Origin: a virus
DNA length: 64,000 nt
Virus record (IMG/VR): IMGVR_UViG_3300005264_000001
Coordinates: 28,962 to 92,961 of that record
Strand: one strand, 5' to 3'
Each line of letters opens with the position of its first letter. Position 1 is the stretch's first letter. A program made the translations under genes and the position numbers. Shown here piece after piece: positions 1 to 9,968 of the stretch. Below the pieces are notes generated by a model that had not been told where the DNA came from, did not search any database, and worked only from the letters and a program-made list of their open reading frames with translations.

Positions 1-3
1 TTT

Positions 4-1752
4 TTATTTAACCCTCATAATCCAAGTCATAGATATTGCTTGGAAAGGTGTACCTGAAGTTTTAGACCCTGTGTTTGAGTATTGAGTTGTTCCATGAACA
101 CCACTACTACCTGATGTTTTATAAGTATAACTATGATTATGATTTGGTAGATAATCTTCTGTTCTATTTATACCACTAGTTCCTCCTCCATAAATAATTC
201 TAGCGTCTCCATTTAAATTTCTAATTGTTTTTCCATTAAAAGGACTTTCAATATCATCCAAAACTTGACCATTACACTCTACAAAATTATTGTAGGGTAA
301 AATTCCTGTAGCACTTTTAAAAACTACATCTTGATATGTAGAATATCCTGTGTAACTTCCTCCTGGGTCACTTTCACCAAATAGTTTAAATGTCGTTGAA
401 GCATCCCAAACACCATTATAATTATAAACAATGTTGTAATCATTAGCATCTTCATCTAAATCACAATTTACTAATGTTACTCCATTTATTACTAAAGACC
501 CACTTAAAGATACTTCCTGATTATCTCCTGTCACTAAAAAAGATATATTTATTGAATTACCAACAGTAAACCCTAAATTTATAAAATCTTGCCCTGTTTT
601 ATTTAGCAAATCATGACTACCCTCAGATAAACCTGATGCTGTTAAAGTGTTAAAAGAATGTTCAACACCTCCCACAAGATTTTTATCCCAAGGTAAAATA
701 CAACCAATAGGAACCATAGGACTATATATTTGATTTCTATTCATAGTTTCCCAATCATTAGTTCCTTTTACAATAAAATCTCCTTGATTACCATCAGGTA
801 AAGATTCTCCGTATTCATAACCATCTTCAGTTACATTAATTTTTACAACTTTTCCAGCATCTCCTTCTACAATTACAGGTAATTTTGTTCCTGAAGAACT
901 AACTCCTCCTACACAAATAATTGAACCACTTTCTACAAGTCCAAAAGTAACAATAGCAGACTCTTCATCAATTCTTTGTATATCTGTTGGTATAATATCA
1001 TATCCATTCACATCTAAAACTTGTATTAAAACTTCTTTATTTCCTAATTTGTGATTCACTGTTACAGAAATTTCATTCTCAAATGTTGTCTTATGATAAC
1101 CATTATTCATACCTACACCACCTATTACAATAACTCTTCCACTTGTTAAAGCACTAAAATGAATATTTACAGAGTTTGCGTCAACACTTGTCACTCTATC
1201 AGGTTCAATTAATTCATTGTTACTATCATATACTTGAATAATTGGTTGTTCATCTCCTAAATTGTGAGTTACAAGAATAGATGTTTCGTTTGTAAAATCT
1301 AATACTTTTCTACCAAATGTACTACCTCCTGAACCTGCTCCACCAATATTTAATACTCTAATATCTTTTAAAGAACTCGTTATATTTGTTGATGTTGTAT
1401 TCCAAATTAATAGACCAACACAATAATAATTTGTACTGTCATATTCAGGTGGTATACCTAAAATACTTAATGTTCCTTGAATGTATGATACAACTCCTGT
1501 ATTACTTATAAGTAATAAGTCTGTTCTTGCATTTACTCCACCATAAATATTATATTCTATTCCTGTTTGTTCCTCTACTTCAACCAACTCCTTCCCGAAG
1601 AATAATTGACCAGCTTTTACTTTTAGAGTTCCTCCTGTGATTTCTATCTCACAACCATTTAGAACACCAATAGAATTTCCTTTCGCCATATTGTTTAATT
1701 CTGGTGAAAATAATTTTTCTTGTTGTCCTCCTTTGAATTTTAATCCTGTCAT
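4..1752 (-). CDS. tail fibre protein with C-terminal tail-collar-like domain
   Basis: Last gene of the baseplate cluster; repeated VTHNLG/VNHKLG modules; collar-like PIGCILPW...FVECNGQ...NLNG. Confidence 0.65.
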   Translation of the reverse strand: MTGLKFKGGQQEKLFSPELNNMAKGNSIGVLNGCEIEITGGTLKVKAGQLFFGKELVEVEEQTGIEYNIYGGVNARTDLLLISNTGVVSYIQGTLSILGIPPEYDSTNYYCVGLLIWNTTSTNITSSLKDIRVLNIGGAGSGGSTFGRKVLDFTNETSILVTHNLGDEQPIIQVYDSNNELIEPDRVTSVDANSVNIHFSALTSGRVIVIGGVGMNNGYHKTTFENEISVTVNHKLGNKEVLIQVLDVNGYDIIPTDIQRIDEESAIVTFGLVESGSIICVGGVSSSGTKLPVIVEGDAGKVVKINVTEDGYEYGESLPDGNQGDFIVKGTNDWETMNRNQIYSPMVPIGCILPWDKNLVGGVEHSFNTLTASGLSEGSHDLLNKTGQDFINLGFTVGNSINISFLVTGDNQEVSLSGSLVINGVTLVNCDLDEDANDYNIVYNYNGVWDASTTFKLFGESDPGGSYTGYSTYQDVVFKSATGILPYNNFVECNGQVLDDIESPFNGKTIRNLNGDARIIYGGGTSGINRTEDYLPNHNHSYTYKTSGSSGVHGTTQYSNTGSKTSGTPFQAISMTWIMRVK

Positions 1753-1775
1753 ATTAATAAATAATAAAAATTAGT

Positions 1776-1790
1776 TTTTAAATATATTTT
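1776..1790 (-). promoter_or_regulatory. late-class archaeal TATA promoter (AAATATATTTAAAAA)
   Basis: About 23 nt upstream of the ATG at 1752; the 42 bp at 1750-1791 are identical to 4368-4409; the motif recurs before many structural genes. Confidence 0.7.
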
Positions 1791-1792
1791 AA

Positions 1793-2326
1793 TTAAAGTA
1801 AAAAATCTGGTCCATTTACATAACTTAAATTTGATGTAACTACTGAGAACTTAGCAAAAAAGTCTACTGTTTTCACAAGAACACCAGCTGCTTTTGTTGA
1901 ATCAATTATACTCCTTATCTTTACTTCACTTAAATCTATTAAAGGAGTGATGTAAATATCTACATTAAACACAAGATTTCTAATCTCATTAAATAAAATA
2001 TCATCCTCATCAACATCAATCTCTTTTCTAATATTATTCATAATGGCTTGTTCTGTACCACTTAATACAGTTTCATTTCCACTTAATGAAAGTAATCTTA
2101 CTTTATAATCTTCATCTAGTTCATCTTTTTTTCTATCTAACCCAAACAATAAACCTAATTTATCTAAATAAATTCCTGTAGAACTCTCAATGAAAACATA
2201 ATCTAAATCTATCAATGCTAATTCTCTAACATTGTGTAAAGCTATCTCAATCGCATCAAATAAATATTTATTATTTGAACCCTCTTCTTTATTAAAAGAT
2301 GTTGGAAAATTATCTAACATTTCCAT
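1793..2326 (-). CDS. baseplate wedge subunit (P2 gpI-like)
   Basis: GIYLDKLGLLFGLDRKKDELDEDYKVRL motif and C-terminal KAAGV; follows baseplate J. Confidence 0.65.
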   Translation of the reverse strand: MEMLDNFPTSFNKEEGSNNKYLFDAIEIALHNVRELALIDLDYVFIESSTGIYLDKLGLLFGLDRKKDELDEDYKVRLLSLSGNETVLSGTEQAIMNNIRKEIDVDEDDILFNEIRNLVFNVDIYITPLIDLSEVKIRSIIDSTKAAGVLVKTVDFFAKFSVVTSNLSYVNGPDFLL

Positions 2327-2327
2327 T

Positions 2328-4370
2328 TTAATTCACCAGTACAATATGAGTTCCATTAACTGCTGCATCCGTATCAGGTATAGATAAATCACTCATAACA
2401 CCATTAATACTATTAACAACAATATTATCTAGTCCATCTGTAGACATACCAATCTTGTAAATCTCAGCTAATAAAACATTTTCACCTAATTTTAAGTTTC
2501 CTATGTATGTATTAATTCCTGCTATTAAAGAATCTCTAACAACTGAAGCCAAATAATTTTCATTAACATCAATATTACAAGATACGACAACACTAATATA
2601 AGTAGGTTCTACAACATTATAATACACTCCCAAACTCTTAACAGTATCAACAACTTCCTTTACTCCTGTTAATTGTACAGGTGATAAAGTTCCAGTGATT
2701 CCTATAACATTTAAATTAAACCAACCTATTTTATTTGCTTCATAATCTACTAAAAAATTATCTCCGTTTGTTGGTTTTGTTCCAGCAATTAACCATACTA
2801 ATGTATTATTACTTGTTAACTCATAATCTGTATTTTCAATGTATGTTGTTGCTCCACTTGTTACAGTTGTAACACCACCTTGAATACTCTCGAATTTAAG
2901 TGTATAAGTATCTACTCCTGTATCATACACAAATGTTTCGTCTACAACATTAATTTTTGGTGTATCAATAATACTTGAACCTAAAACATAAGATAATGAA
3001 TCAACTCTACTTGTAATAGAATTTATATTATTAATATCAGAAATATTTTTAGTGTTTACAATTCTAGCTCTATAAATTTCATCTGATTCTAAATCAAGAC
3101 CATCTTTATATCCTTCATAATTAGATATAAAATCAATCTCCGGAATACTTGAAACTTTATAAATTACTTTCTCACTTGCTACATTACCATTAATTCCTAT
3201 TTGAGTTGCTTCTACATTTACATCAACTGATGTTGGAATTAGAGTATACTCCATATTAGTCTCATTGTCTGGAAAATTGTTAAAACTTGTAGGTGCTAAA
3301 TTAATGTATTTTCCATGATATGGTGTTAAATCTCCTTGTAATAAACCACCAAACATAATTTCTTTTTCTGCAATAATATCAGTAATGTTATTTGTTACAA
3401 CTTTCATGTAATAATAATTTAATTTTGTCCAGTCAATAGTTCCATATAGACTTAAATCTTTACTCTCTGATGTTGCTGATAAAAAGTTCCATCCAATTTT
3501 TAATGGTTTTGTTAATTCTGCTCTATCACTAACACTTGTTCCTAAAGATACAGTTAAACTTTTAATTTTATCTAGAGTTGATTGGTCTTTAACTTTAATA
3601 TAAAATCCTGCTCCTTGTAATTCACTAGTTACTAAAGAACCTGTCTTACTGTAACTTATTGTATCTACTGTTGTATTATTCTTTAATAGACTGAATGTAT
3701 TCTCACTTGTGATACCTTCATCTGTTTCTATGTTCATATCTTGTGTATTTGCTCCTGATATCCAAATCCCGTCAGTACAATCATCTAACATATCAAAATT
3801 ATCAATAAAGTTCATTTCTCCTTCATCTATTTTATACTCAATATCTTTTGTATACGTTACAGGACTTCCTGCTCTTGTAATACTCATATTATCTAAACCA
3901 TTAAAGAATCTTTGTCCGGGAGCATAGAATATTTTTCCTGTTTCATAATTTGCTTCACTTGGTAATGTTGTTGAAAATACAACATCATCTAAAGTTACAA
4001 ATGAAATCTGTCCATTATCAAGTGTTGGTTGTGTTGATACAACTAATCCAGCAGGTAAACTAAAATTTGAAGTTGTTGGTTCATTTCTTAAAAATGTAAC
4101 TATACCTTTTGACTTCTCACCTTGGATTCTGTTTATTCCTACATAACTTCCTAACTTGTCTATGTACTCACCTGTTGCTGTGTCAATAAAACATTGATTA
4201 TTTAAATACTCAGCGTATGTTTGTACGTCTTCAATTCCTGTTGCAACACTTGTTGAAAAAACATCGATAACACTTCCTGTATTTACGTCGTTTATATCAT
4301 CAGAATTACTTGAGAAATCCCATTTTATATCAGCTGCATACTCTTCAACTGATTTCTTTATAATTACCAT
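2328..4370 (-). CDS. baseplate J-like protein with large central insertion
   Basis: FIDTATGEYIDKLG..G..R and GLDLESDEIYRARI motifs. Confidence 0.85.
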   Translation of the reverse strand: MVIIKKSVEEYAADIKWDFSSNSDDINDVNTGSVIDVFSTSVATGIEDVQTYAEYLNNQCFIDTATGEYIDKLGSYVGINRIQGEKSKGIVTFLRNEPTTSNFSLPAGLVVSTQPTLDNGQISFVTLDDVVFSTTLPSEANYETGKIFYAPGQRFFNGLDNMSITRAGSPVTYTKDIEYKIDEGEMNFIDNFDMLDDCTDGIWISGANTQDMNIETDEGITSENTFSLLKNNTTVDTISYSKTGSLVTSELQGAGFYIKVKDQSTLDKIKSLTVSLGTSVSDRAELTKPLKIGWNFLSATSESKDLSLYGTIDWTKLNYYYMKVVTNNITDIIAEKEIMFGGLLQGDLTPYHGKYINLAPTSFNNFPDNETNMEYTLIPTSVDVNVEATQIGINGNVASEKVIYKVSSIPEIDFISNYEGYKDGLDLESDEIYRARIVNTKNISDINNINSITSRVDSLSYVLGSSIIDTPKINVVDETFVYDTGVDTYTLKFESIQGGVTTVTSGATTYIENTDYELTSNNTLVWLIAGTKPTNGDNFLVDYEANKIGWFNLNVIGITGTLSPVQLTGVKEVVDTVKSLGVYYNVVEPTYISVVVSCNIDVNENYLASVVRDSLIAGINTYIGNLKLGENVLLAEIYKIGMSTDGLDNIVVNSINGVMSDLSIPDTDAAVNGTHIVLVN

Positions 4371-4409
4371 ATTAATAAATAATAAAAATTAGTTTTTAAA
4401 TATATTTTA

Positions 4410-4766
4410 TTATAATGTTATTGTAATCGTATCATTATTTATTGATATAATGGAAATAACTATATTTAACTTGTCTCCTACTTGTTCAGTTTTAATTGAT
4501 TCAATAGTTTTAATTCTTGCTTCTTGTCTCAAACTTTCTGCTATTAAACCTTTTGCTCTTATCTCATTATTCTTACCACCTAATACTTTGTGTAATTCAC
4601 TACCGTATTGTTGCATAAAATATGAACCTATACTACATAACAATCTTAACTTAATTGCTTGTGCTAGATTTTCTTTATCACTAATTGTTGAGATTTCACC
4701 TAAACTATTAAAACTAATGTCTCCATCTTCATTTAAAGCAATATCTGTTCCTAAATCTTCTGTCAT
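4410..4766 (-). CDS. baseplate wedge / sheath initiator (gp25/XkdS-like)
   Basis: NLAQAIKLRL..G.Y...YGSEL and ESLRQEARI motifs; position. Confidence 0.75.
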   Translation of the reverse strand: MTEDLGTDIALNEDGDISFNSLGEISTISDKENLAQAIKLRLLCSIGSYFMQQYGSELHKVLGGKNNEIRAKGLIAESLRQEARIKTIESIKTEQVGDKLNIVISIISINNDTITITL

Positions 4767-4806
4767 ACTATTAATAATAAAAAATGTTTTTTAAACTTAT
4801 TTATAC

Positions 4807-4817
4807 AAAGACTTATA
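4807..4817 (+). promoter_or_regulatory. early-class BRE+TATA promoter (AAAGACTTATAAA)
   Basis: TATA ends about 21 nt before the ATG at 4841; more than 15 copies of the motif in the window. Confidence 0.75.
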
Positions 4818-4840
4818 AAGACTAGAACATTAATAATATT

Positions 4841-5101
4841 ATGGTAAGAGAAAACAACCAAAAGAGACAAGAACTGATAAACTTCTTTACAGAAGAAAAC
4901 TTATTTACTAAAGAAGAAATCACAAATATTTTAGATTATGATAACTTAACACTTGAAAAAATAGAAGAATACAAAGAATTATGTATGACAAGACATTTAA
5001 ATCATTTAGATGCTGGTAACAAGAAAGAGAGTGAAGCATATTATGATGTATGGTCAAATTTATACACTTTAGATAAAAAGAATTTTGGAGGTAGTGAATA
5101 A
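4841..5101 (+). CDS. hypothetical protein (early-promoter island)
   Basis: Leaderless ATG after the promoter; MVRE start shared with other cassette genes. Confidence 0.7.
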   Translation: MVRENNQKRQELINFFTEENLFTKEEITNILDYDNLTLEKIEEYKELCMTRHLNHLDAGNKKESEAYYDVWSNLYTLDKKNFGGSE

Positions 5102-5102
5102 A

Positions 5103-5495
5103 ATGAAAGCTAAAACAGAATTACAAAAGAAAATTGAAAAGATGCATAAAAAAGATTTAGACTTATACAAAGAAATAGTAAGTACTTCGTACGAAGCAGC
5201 AAAAGAATTTGTAATTGAGAACTACGGTAAGTGGTTTAAATCAGGACCAGTATATTTTATGATACCAAAAGAAGGTAGAGGATTAATAACAAGATTCGTT
5301 GTAGAAATGAAAGAAGGTAAATACATAGCTAAAATTGTAACAGATTGTGATTACAAATTATTTGCTATTATGTTTTATGAAAAATTTAGTTTTGATAAAA
5401 TGGAAGAGATTTCACAAGAGGAATACTTAGAAGCACAAGATATTTTTCAAAACATTAGAAATTTAGAAAAAAGAATGGAGAAATTTAACAAATGA
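5103..5495 (+). CDS. hypothetical protein
   Basis: GGAGGT upstream of the ATG at 5103; stop overlaps the next start. Confidence 0.65.
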   Translation: MKAKTELQKKIEKMHKKDLDLYKEIVSTSYEAAKEFVIENYGKWFKSGPVYFMIPKEGRGLITRFVVEMKEGKYIAKIVTDCDYKLFAIMFYEKFSFDKMEEISQEEYLEAQDIFQNIRNLEKRMEKFNK

Positions 5496-5950
5496 ATGAG
5501 AAAAAAGATTGTATAATTATGGACATCGATGGATGTTTAGCAGATAACACAGAAGTTTTTGAAACTTGTTGTAAAGAAGATGGTTCATTTGATTATAAGA
5601 AACATATAGAATTGTTACCAAATATGAAAGTAAACGATTGGTGTGTAGAATTAAATCAAATCTACTATCATAAACATACAAGTATAATTGTTACAGCACG
5701 TAAGGAAAGTCGTCGAGAATTGACCGAGAAGTGGCTTAAAGATAATTGTATTTGTTATGATAGACTTGTAATGCATCCCGGCCGTGATATGAAAGATGAG
5801 GATTACAAAGTAAGTGCAGTTAATAAATTAGCTGAACAATATAATATTTTACTTTGTGTTGAAGATTCACCTAAAAATGTTGATGCTTTAAGAAGTAATG
5901 GTTATTTAGTTTTACAACCTAATCACTTATATGAGGTAAATAAAGAATGA
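5492..5950 (+). CDS. HAD-superfamily phosphatase (PNKP 3'-phosphatase-like)
   Basis: DIDGCLAD motif I, VTAR motif II, K, and EDSPKNV motif IV. Confidence 0.8.
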   Translation: MNEKKDCIIMDIDGCLADNTEVFETCCKEDGSFDYKKHIELLPNMKVNDWCVELNQIYYHKHTSIIVTARKESRRELTEKWLKDNCICYDRLVMHPGRDMKDEDYKVSAVNKLAEQYNILLCVEDSPKNVDALRSNGYLVLQPNHLYEVNKE

Positions 5951-6144
5951 AACCAACTTTAACAAAATCAATGATAGTACCTTATCTTATTATATTTTAT
6001 TCTATGATGACTATATTTTTTGTTGATGTAACAGTGTTTATTAAGATACTTTGGGGTGTTGTAATCGCATTAAATATTCACACAATCTTAAAAGAATATG
6101 AACACTTAGAAATAATGAACAATATAAGAAATGGTAAGTTTTAA
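5947..6144 (+). CDS. small membrane protein
   Basis: Two hydrophobic segments; ATGA overlap with the previous gene. Confidence 0.55.
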   Translation: MKPTLTKSMIVPYLIIFYSMMTIFFVDVTVFIKILWGVVIALNIHTILKEYEHLEIMNNIRNGKF

Positions 6145-6151
6145 AGAATGA

Positions 6152-6676
6152 TTATTTAGAATCATTAATAGTGATTCTTGCTTCGTGGTCTGCTAGTGTG
6201 GCTTCAATTTGTTCTAATTTAGTTTTACTAAATGAAGGACTTCCGTCCATATTAATAAATCTATAATCACTACATCTAAAAGTAATAGAATTATCGTCTT
6301 TTAGATGCATATAAGTACCATTTTCTTTTGCTGATACAATATATTCACCTTGTTTTATAGGGAGAACATTATCCGGTGAGCTTGTAAAGTCATCATACAA
6401 ATTACCTAATACAATCGGAGTTGTATTATCTACAAATCCAACTAATACAATATCATTAATTTTAGGTAACATAATTTGACCTTTTAAATTACCCATACCT
6501 AATCCAGCACATTGTACATTATCATATTGTAAATTAAAATTAAGTCTTTTGATATTGACATTTCCTGTTGTAACATTAACACCTGTAACTACATATTTAT
6601 CTAAAGATTTAGTTGATTTGATTTCTTCTTTAATTAGTTCTTTTAGAACTTCTTTAAATGATTTAATAAATTTCAT
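6152..6676 (-). CDS. baseplate central spike (gpV/gp45-like)
   Basis: LPKINDIVLVGFVD..PIVLG OB-fold motif; own late promoter at about 6697-6711. Confidence 0.75.
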   Translation of the reverse strand: MKFIKSFKEVLKELIKEEIKSTKSLDKYVVTGVNVTTGNVNIKRLNFNLQYDNVQCAGLGMGNLKGQIMLPKINDIVLVGFVDNTTPIVLGNLYDDFTSSPDNVLPIKQGEYIVSAKENGTYMHLKDDNSITFRCSDYRFINMDGSPSFSKTKLEQIEATLADHEARITINDSK

Positions 6677-6770
6677 AATAAGATTAATAAAAAATGTTTT
6701 TTAAACTTATTTATAAGTCTTTGTATTGAGAAAAGCAAAGACTTATAAAGGTTCAATCATTACTATTAGT

Positions 6771-7157
6771 ATGGTAAGAGAAAATCACTTTAAGAGTCAA
6801 AAAGTAAGCGAGAGAACAATAAAAATGATGAAAGAATTGTTAAATACAGATATGATTTGGTATGATACAAAAGTTCCAACATACACACAAATCTTTGCAT
6901 GGATTACAGAATTCAGAAAAGATATCGAATTACAATCATTTAGTAAATTTAGAGCAGAACACGATACTCATAATGCATCAGGTAAGATAATAATGAAAAC
7001 AACTAGATGTGATGCTTTTAGATTCACTTTACATATGGGAAATAGATTATTTGTAGAATTTAATAGTGATAAGTGTGATGATGTAACTAGAGCACTCGTT
7101 AGTTTTTTAGCTGGACATAAATCTATGTCTAATTGTTATGAAAAGAGACAATACTAA
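6771..7157 (+). CDS. hypothetical protein (start re-assigned from 6726)
   Basis: ATG 21 nt after the early TATA; the upstream extension in the ORF track is promoter sequence. Confidence 0.7.
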   Translation: MVRENHFKSQKVSERTIKMMKELLNTDMIWYDTKVPTYTQIFAWITEFRKDIELQSFSKFRAEHDTHNASGKIIMKTTRCDAFRFTLHMGNRLFVEFNSDKCDDVTRALVSFLAGHKSMSNCYEKRQY

Positions 7158-7194
7158 ATAAATTTATAAATGATTACAAATTAATAATATTAAA

Positions 7195-7761
7195 ATGGTT
7201 AAATTAATAAAAACATATAAAGGTTTTGAGGTGTATGCATCTCGAGTAGAACAAGATGAAGGAGAGAAAGGTAATGTGTACTTTTTATCGAGCATAAGTA
7301 TACCTAAGAAGCACCCTAGGTATAACACTAAGAATCCATATTTTACAGATGCTGATTTTAATAATGAAGAATATGAGATTGATACATATAGAATTGGGGA
7401 TGTTTGGGGACAAGCAAAGAAATACATTAATAAATTCTTATTAACAAATAAAACAACTACTAAAGAAAGATTGGAAATGTTAAGTGAGAGATTAAATTCA
7501 AATGATTTTAAATTTAAACTTGAATTATCAAGAGAAGGAAAAGATATCTTAAATAAAAAGATTAGTGCTGTTAAAGAACCTGAAGTATTTAAAAAGATAT
7601 CAAATATGAGTAAAGCTATATTTAAAGATGAAGAATCAATCAAGAAGATACCAAATCTAGTATCAGCTTATTTGAAAGGTTCTAGAAAAATGATTGTATT
7701 AGAATTTTTCACAAAAGACAAGAAAAGATATCCAATAACTTATAATATTAAAGAATTATAA
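7195..7761 (+). CDS. hypothetical protein
   Basis: 188-aa ORF with TTTATAAA about 24 nt upstream. Confidence 0.65.
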   Translation: MVKLIKTYKGFEVYASRVEQDEGEKGNVYFLSSISIPKKHPRYNTKNPYFTDADFNNEEYEIDTYRIGDVWGQAKKYINKFLLTNKTTTKERLEMLSERLNSNDFKFKLELSREGKDILNKKISAVKEPEVFKKISNMSKAIFKDEESIKKIPNLVSAYLKGSRKMIVLEFFTKDKKRYPITYNIKEL

Positions 7762-7831
7762 TTTATAAATCTTTATAAACAACAACTAATTTTATCGAAA
7801 GACTTATAAAGGAGTAAGTATTACTATTATT

Positions 7832-8194
7832 ATGGTAAAAAGACAATTAAAAATAAATGACAGTAATAACAAGGAAAACCCAAATCAAAATGTTTGTGCT
7901 ATGATGGTAGCTAAAAGAATCGGTGTTGCTGACCATTCAAGATATTTACATACAATTCAAGATTTAGTGAAAGCATCAAGAAAATTTTTCACTGTTAGAA
8001 GTAGATTGAGTTCTTTAAAAGTTAAGTCTGTTGGTGGTAGTAGAAAACATTGTAAAGCAATCGGAGCAAGATTATACATAGCACATGTTAAAGGTCACGT
8101 TTTACTATTAAATAATGAAGGTAAAACTATTGTTGATACAGCTCCTAGAAAAATTGATAAAAGAAAATTAATTAGCTTTTATGCTATTTTCTAA
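7832..8194 (+). CDS. hypothetical basic protein (Cys...His pair, possible papain-like fold)
   Basis: Early promoter; NVCA and GHVLL motifs; function is a guess. Confidence 0.55.
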   Translation: MVKRQLKINDSNNKENPNQNVCAMMVAKRIGVADHSRYLHTIQDLVKASRKFFTVRSRLSSLKVKSVGGSRKHCKAIGARLYIAHVKGHVLLLNNEGKTIVDTAPRKIDKRKLISFYAIF

Positions 8195-9360
8195 AACTCA
8201 TAAGCTAATTGAGTTTTTTCTTCACCAGCTAATAATTCTGTATTCCACACTCCGTTCTCATCATCGAGTAAAACGTCTTCTGGAAAGTCATTTGCTGAGT
8301 TACTATATCCTGTAATACTACAAGTTACAGCATCACTACCACTTATTTTTATATCTAAAGTTTTGATAATCCAAACTTGACTAGCTGAAATTTTTGGATG
8401 GTCGTGTACTACAAATGTATCACCAACTTGAAAGTTCTTGTCAAAATTGTTTACATCGAACGATACAGTATAATTTTTAGCCATTTCTAACAGCTTAGCA
8501 CGTGCTATTTCACGACATTCCTCCTCTGAGAATACATCTCTTCTAAAGATTGGTAATATGTGTAATCTCTCGATGATTGGTTTAAATCCACCAATTAATT
8601 CAGATTCACGAGCTCCATTTTTAAGTTGATACGCTATTGGGTCAAATGCCAAACCTGTACAATTATTTCCTATAACTTGCACAGCATCATAACTATTTGA
8701 TAAATTTCCTGTGTTTATTTTTTCAATATTTGTATAAGGACTAAATACCCAAGCATCGACACTCTCAGCATTTAAATATTTTGGAAATTGTATCTTTAGG
8801 ACACCTTCTCCTGTTTGAAATATTTGTATTGCGTACTTCTCTTTAATGTTATTTAGTACTTCTCCAAAGTTATCATTATCATCAATCTTTAATTCAACGT
8901 TAGGTGAGATATTATCATCTATTGTATATTTTGGAATGAATCCTTTTAAATCAATATCCTTTTCAGCTTTAGACATTATTGTATCAATACTTCCTGTAAC
9001 ATATTCAACAGGTGCTGGTCTTTCAAAACAAATACCACTTGTAGATTTACAATTAATTGAGTAATGATAACCACTATTATCTTGCCTTAACTCAGGATAT
9101 TCAACATAACCATAAAATACAACTGGCATATTTCTTTCATTATACAACGCCAAATTAGTTTCGTCTATTGTTGTATCAAAATATAATTTAACTAAATCAT
9201 ATTTTTGTATGTTAGTTGTATCTACTTTTCCTTGTTTAAAGAAAGGTAAACTAAAAGATAATGTGTTGATTACATTATTCAAATCAAAACTTGCTGTGAA
9301 GTCATCACCAAAGTTAAAAACTTGGTCACCGATTTGTATTAAATGTTTCGTATATCTCAT
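8191..9360 (-). CDS. baseplate hub protein (gpD/gp27-like)
   Basis: Size and position between tape measure and spike. Confidence 0.65.
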   Translation of the reverse strand: MRYTKHLIQIGDQVFNFGDDFTASFDLNNVINTLSFSLPFFKQGKVDTTNIQKYDLVKLYFDTTIDETNLALYNERNMPVVFYGYVEYPELRQDNSGYHYSINCKSTSGICFERPAPVEYVTGSIDTIMSKAEKDIDLKGFIPKYTIDDNISPNVELKIDDNDNFGEVLNNIKEKYAIQIFQTGEGVLKIQFPKYLNAESVDAWVFSPYTNIEKINTGNLSNSYDAVQVIGNNCTGLAFDPIAYQLKNGARESELIGGFKPIIERLHILPIFRRDVFSEEECREIARAKLLEMAKNYTVSFDVNNFDKNFQVGDTFVVHDHPKISASQVWIIKTLDIKISGSDAVTCSITGYSNSANDFPEDVLLDDENGVWNTELLAGEEKTQLAYEF

Positions 9361-9968
9361 TTGTTAACTCTCTCATCTTGTTCAGTAAAACTCTTATATG
9401 CGTTTGTAAAGAATCCTGTTACACTTGAAATTAATCCTGATTTCTCAGCTCCACCTGTTTGTTCAATTAAATTACCTGTTCTATTATTATAAGTATTCAA
9501 GAATGCTCTTTTACTTGCGAAGTTAATTAAATTAATTGTCAGTATTTTACTTACAACATCTTTTGCTTCGATAAGTGTTAAACTTCCTATTTTCTCATAA
9601 GGATTAGGTTGATTAGTCACAAATACAGGTTTACTAATAAAGTACCTATTTGACGACGTGGGATTGTTATACGGTGATAAAAACTCTACAGTTTCTCCAC
9701 TTTTAACTAAGTCAAATAAAAGATTTTTCTTTCTTTCTAAATCGTCAATATCATCACCAATTAATTTTACATCGATTGGTATTTGTATTGTTTCGATTCC
9801 ATTGTTGTAAACTACAGATGAGTTCCCACTTGCAGCTTCTCTTATGATTATTCTATTATTTACAGACTCTGTAAAAGATTGAACATATCCCATTTCAATA
9901 AATTCATCATCTTTCTTAGTATTTATATCATGTGTTCTCACTAATTTAAATTTACTTTCTACTACCAT
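9357..9968 (-). CDS. tail tube initiator-like protein
   Basis: Directly downstream of the tape measure gene. Confidence 0.5.
   Translation of the reverse strand: MVVESKFKLVRTHDINTKKDDEFIEMGYVQSFTESVNNRIIIREAASGNSSVVYNNGIETIQIPIDVKLIGDDIDDLERKKNLLFDLVKSGETVEFLSPYNNPTSSNRYFISKPVFVTNQPNPYEKIGSLTLIEAKDVVSKILTINLINFASKRAFLNTYNNRTGNLIEQTGGAEKSGLISSVTGFFTNAYKSFTEQDERVNK

Noticed and set aside
4-2000. Diversity-generating retroelement targeting the tail fibre
   Set aside because: No reverse transcriptase or template/variable repeat pair in the window
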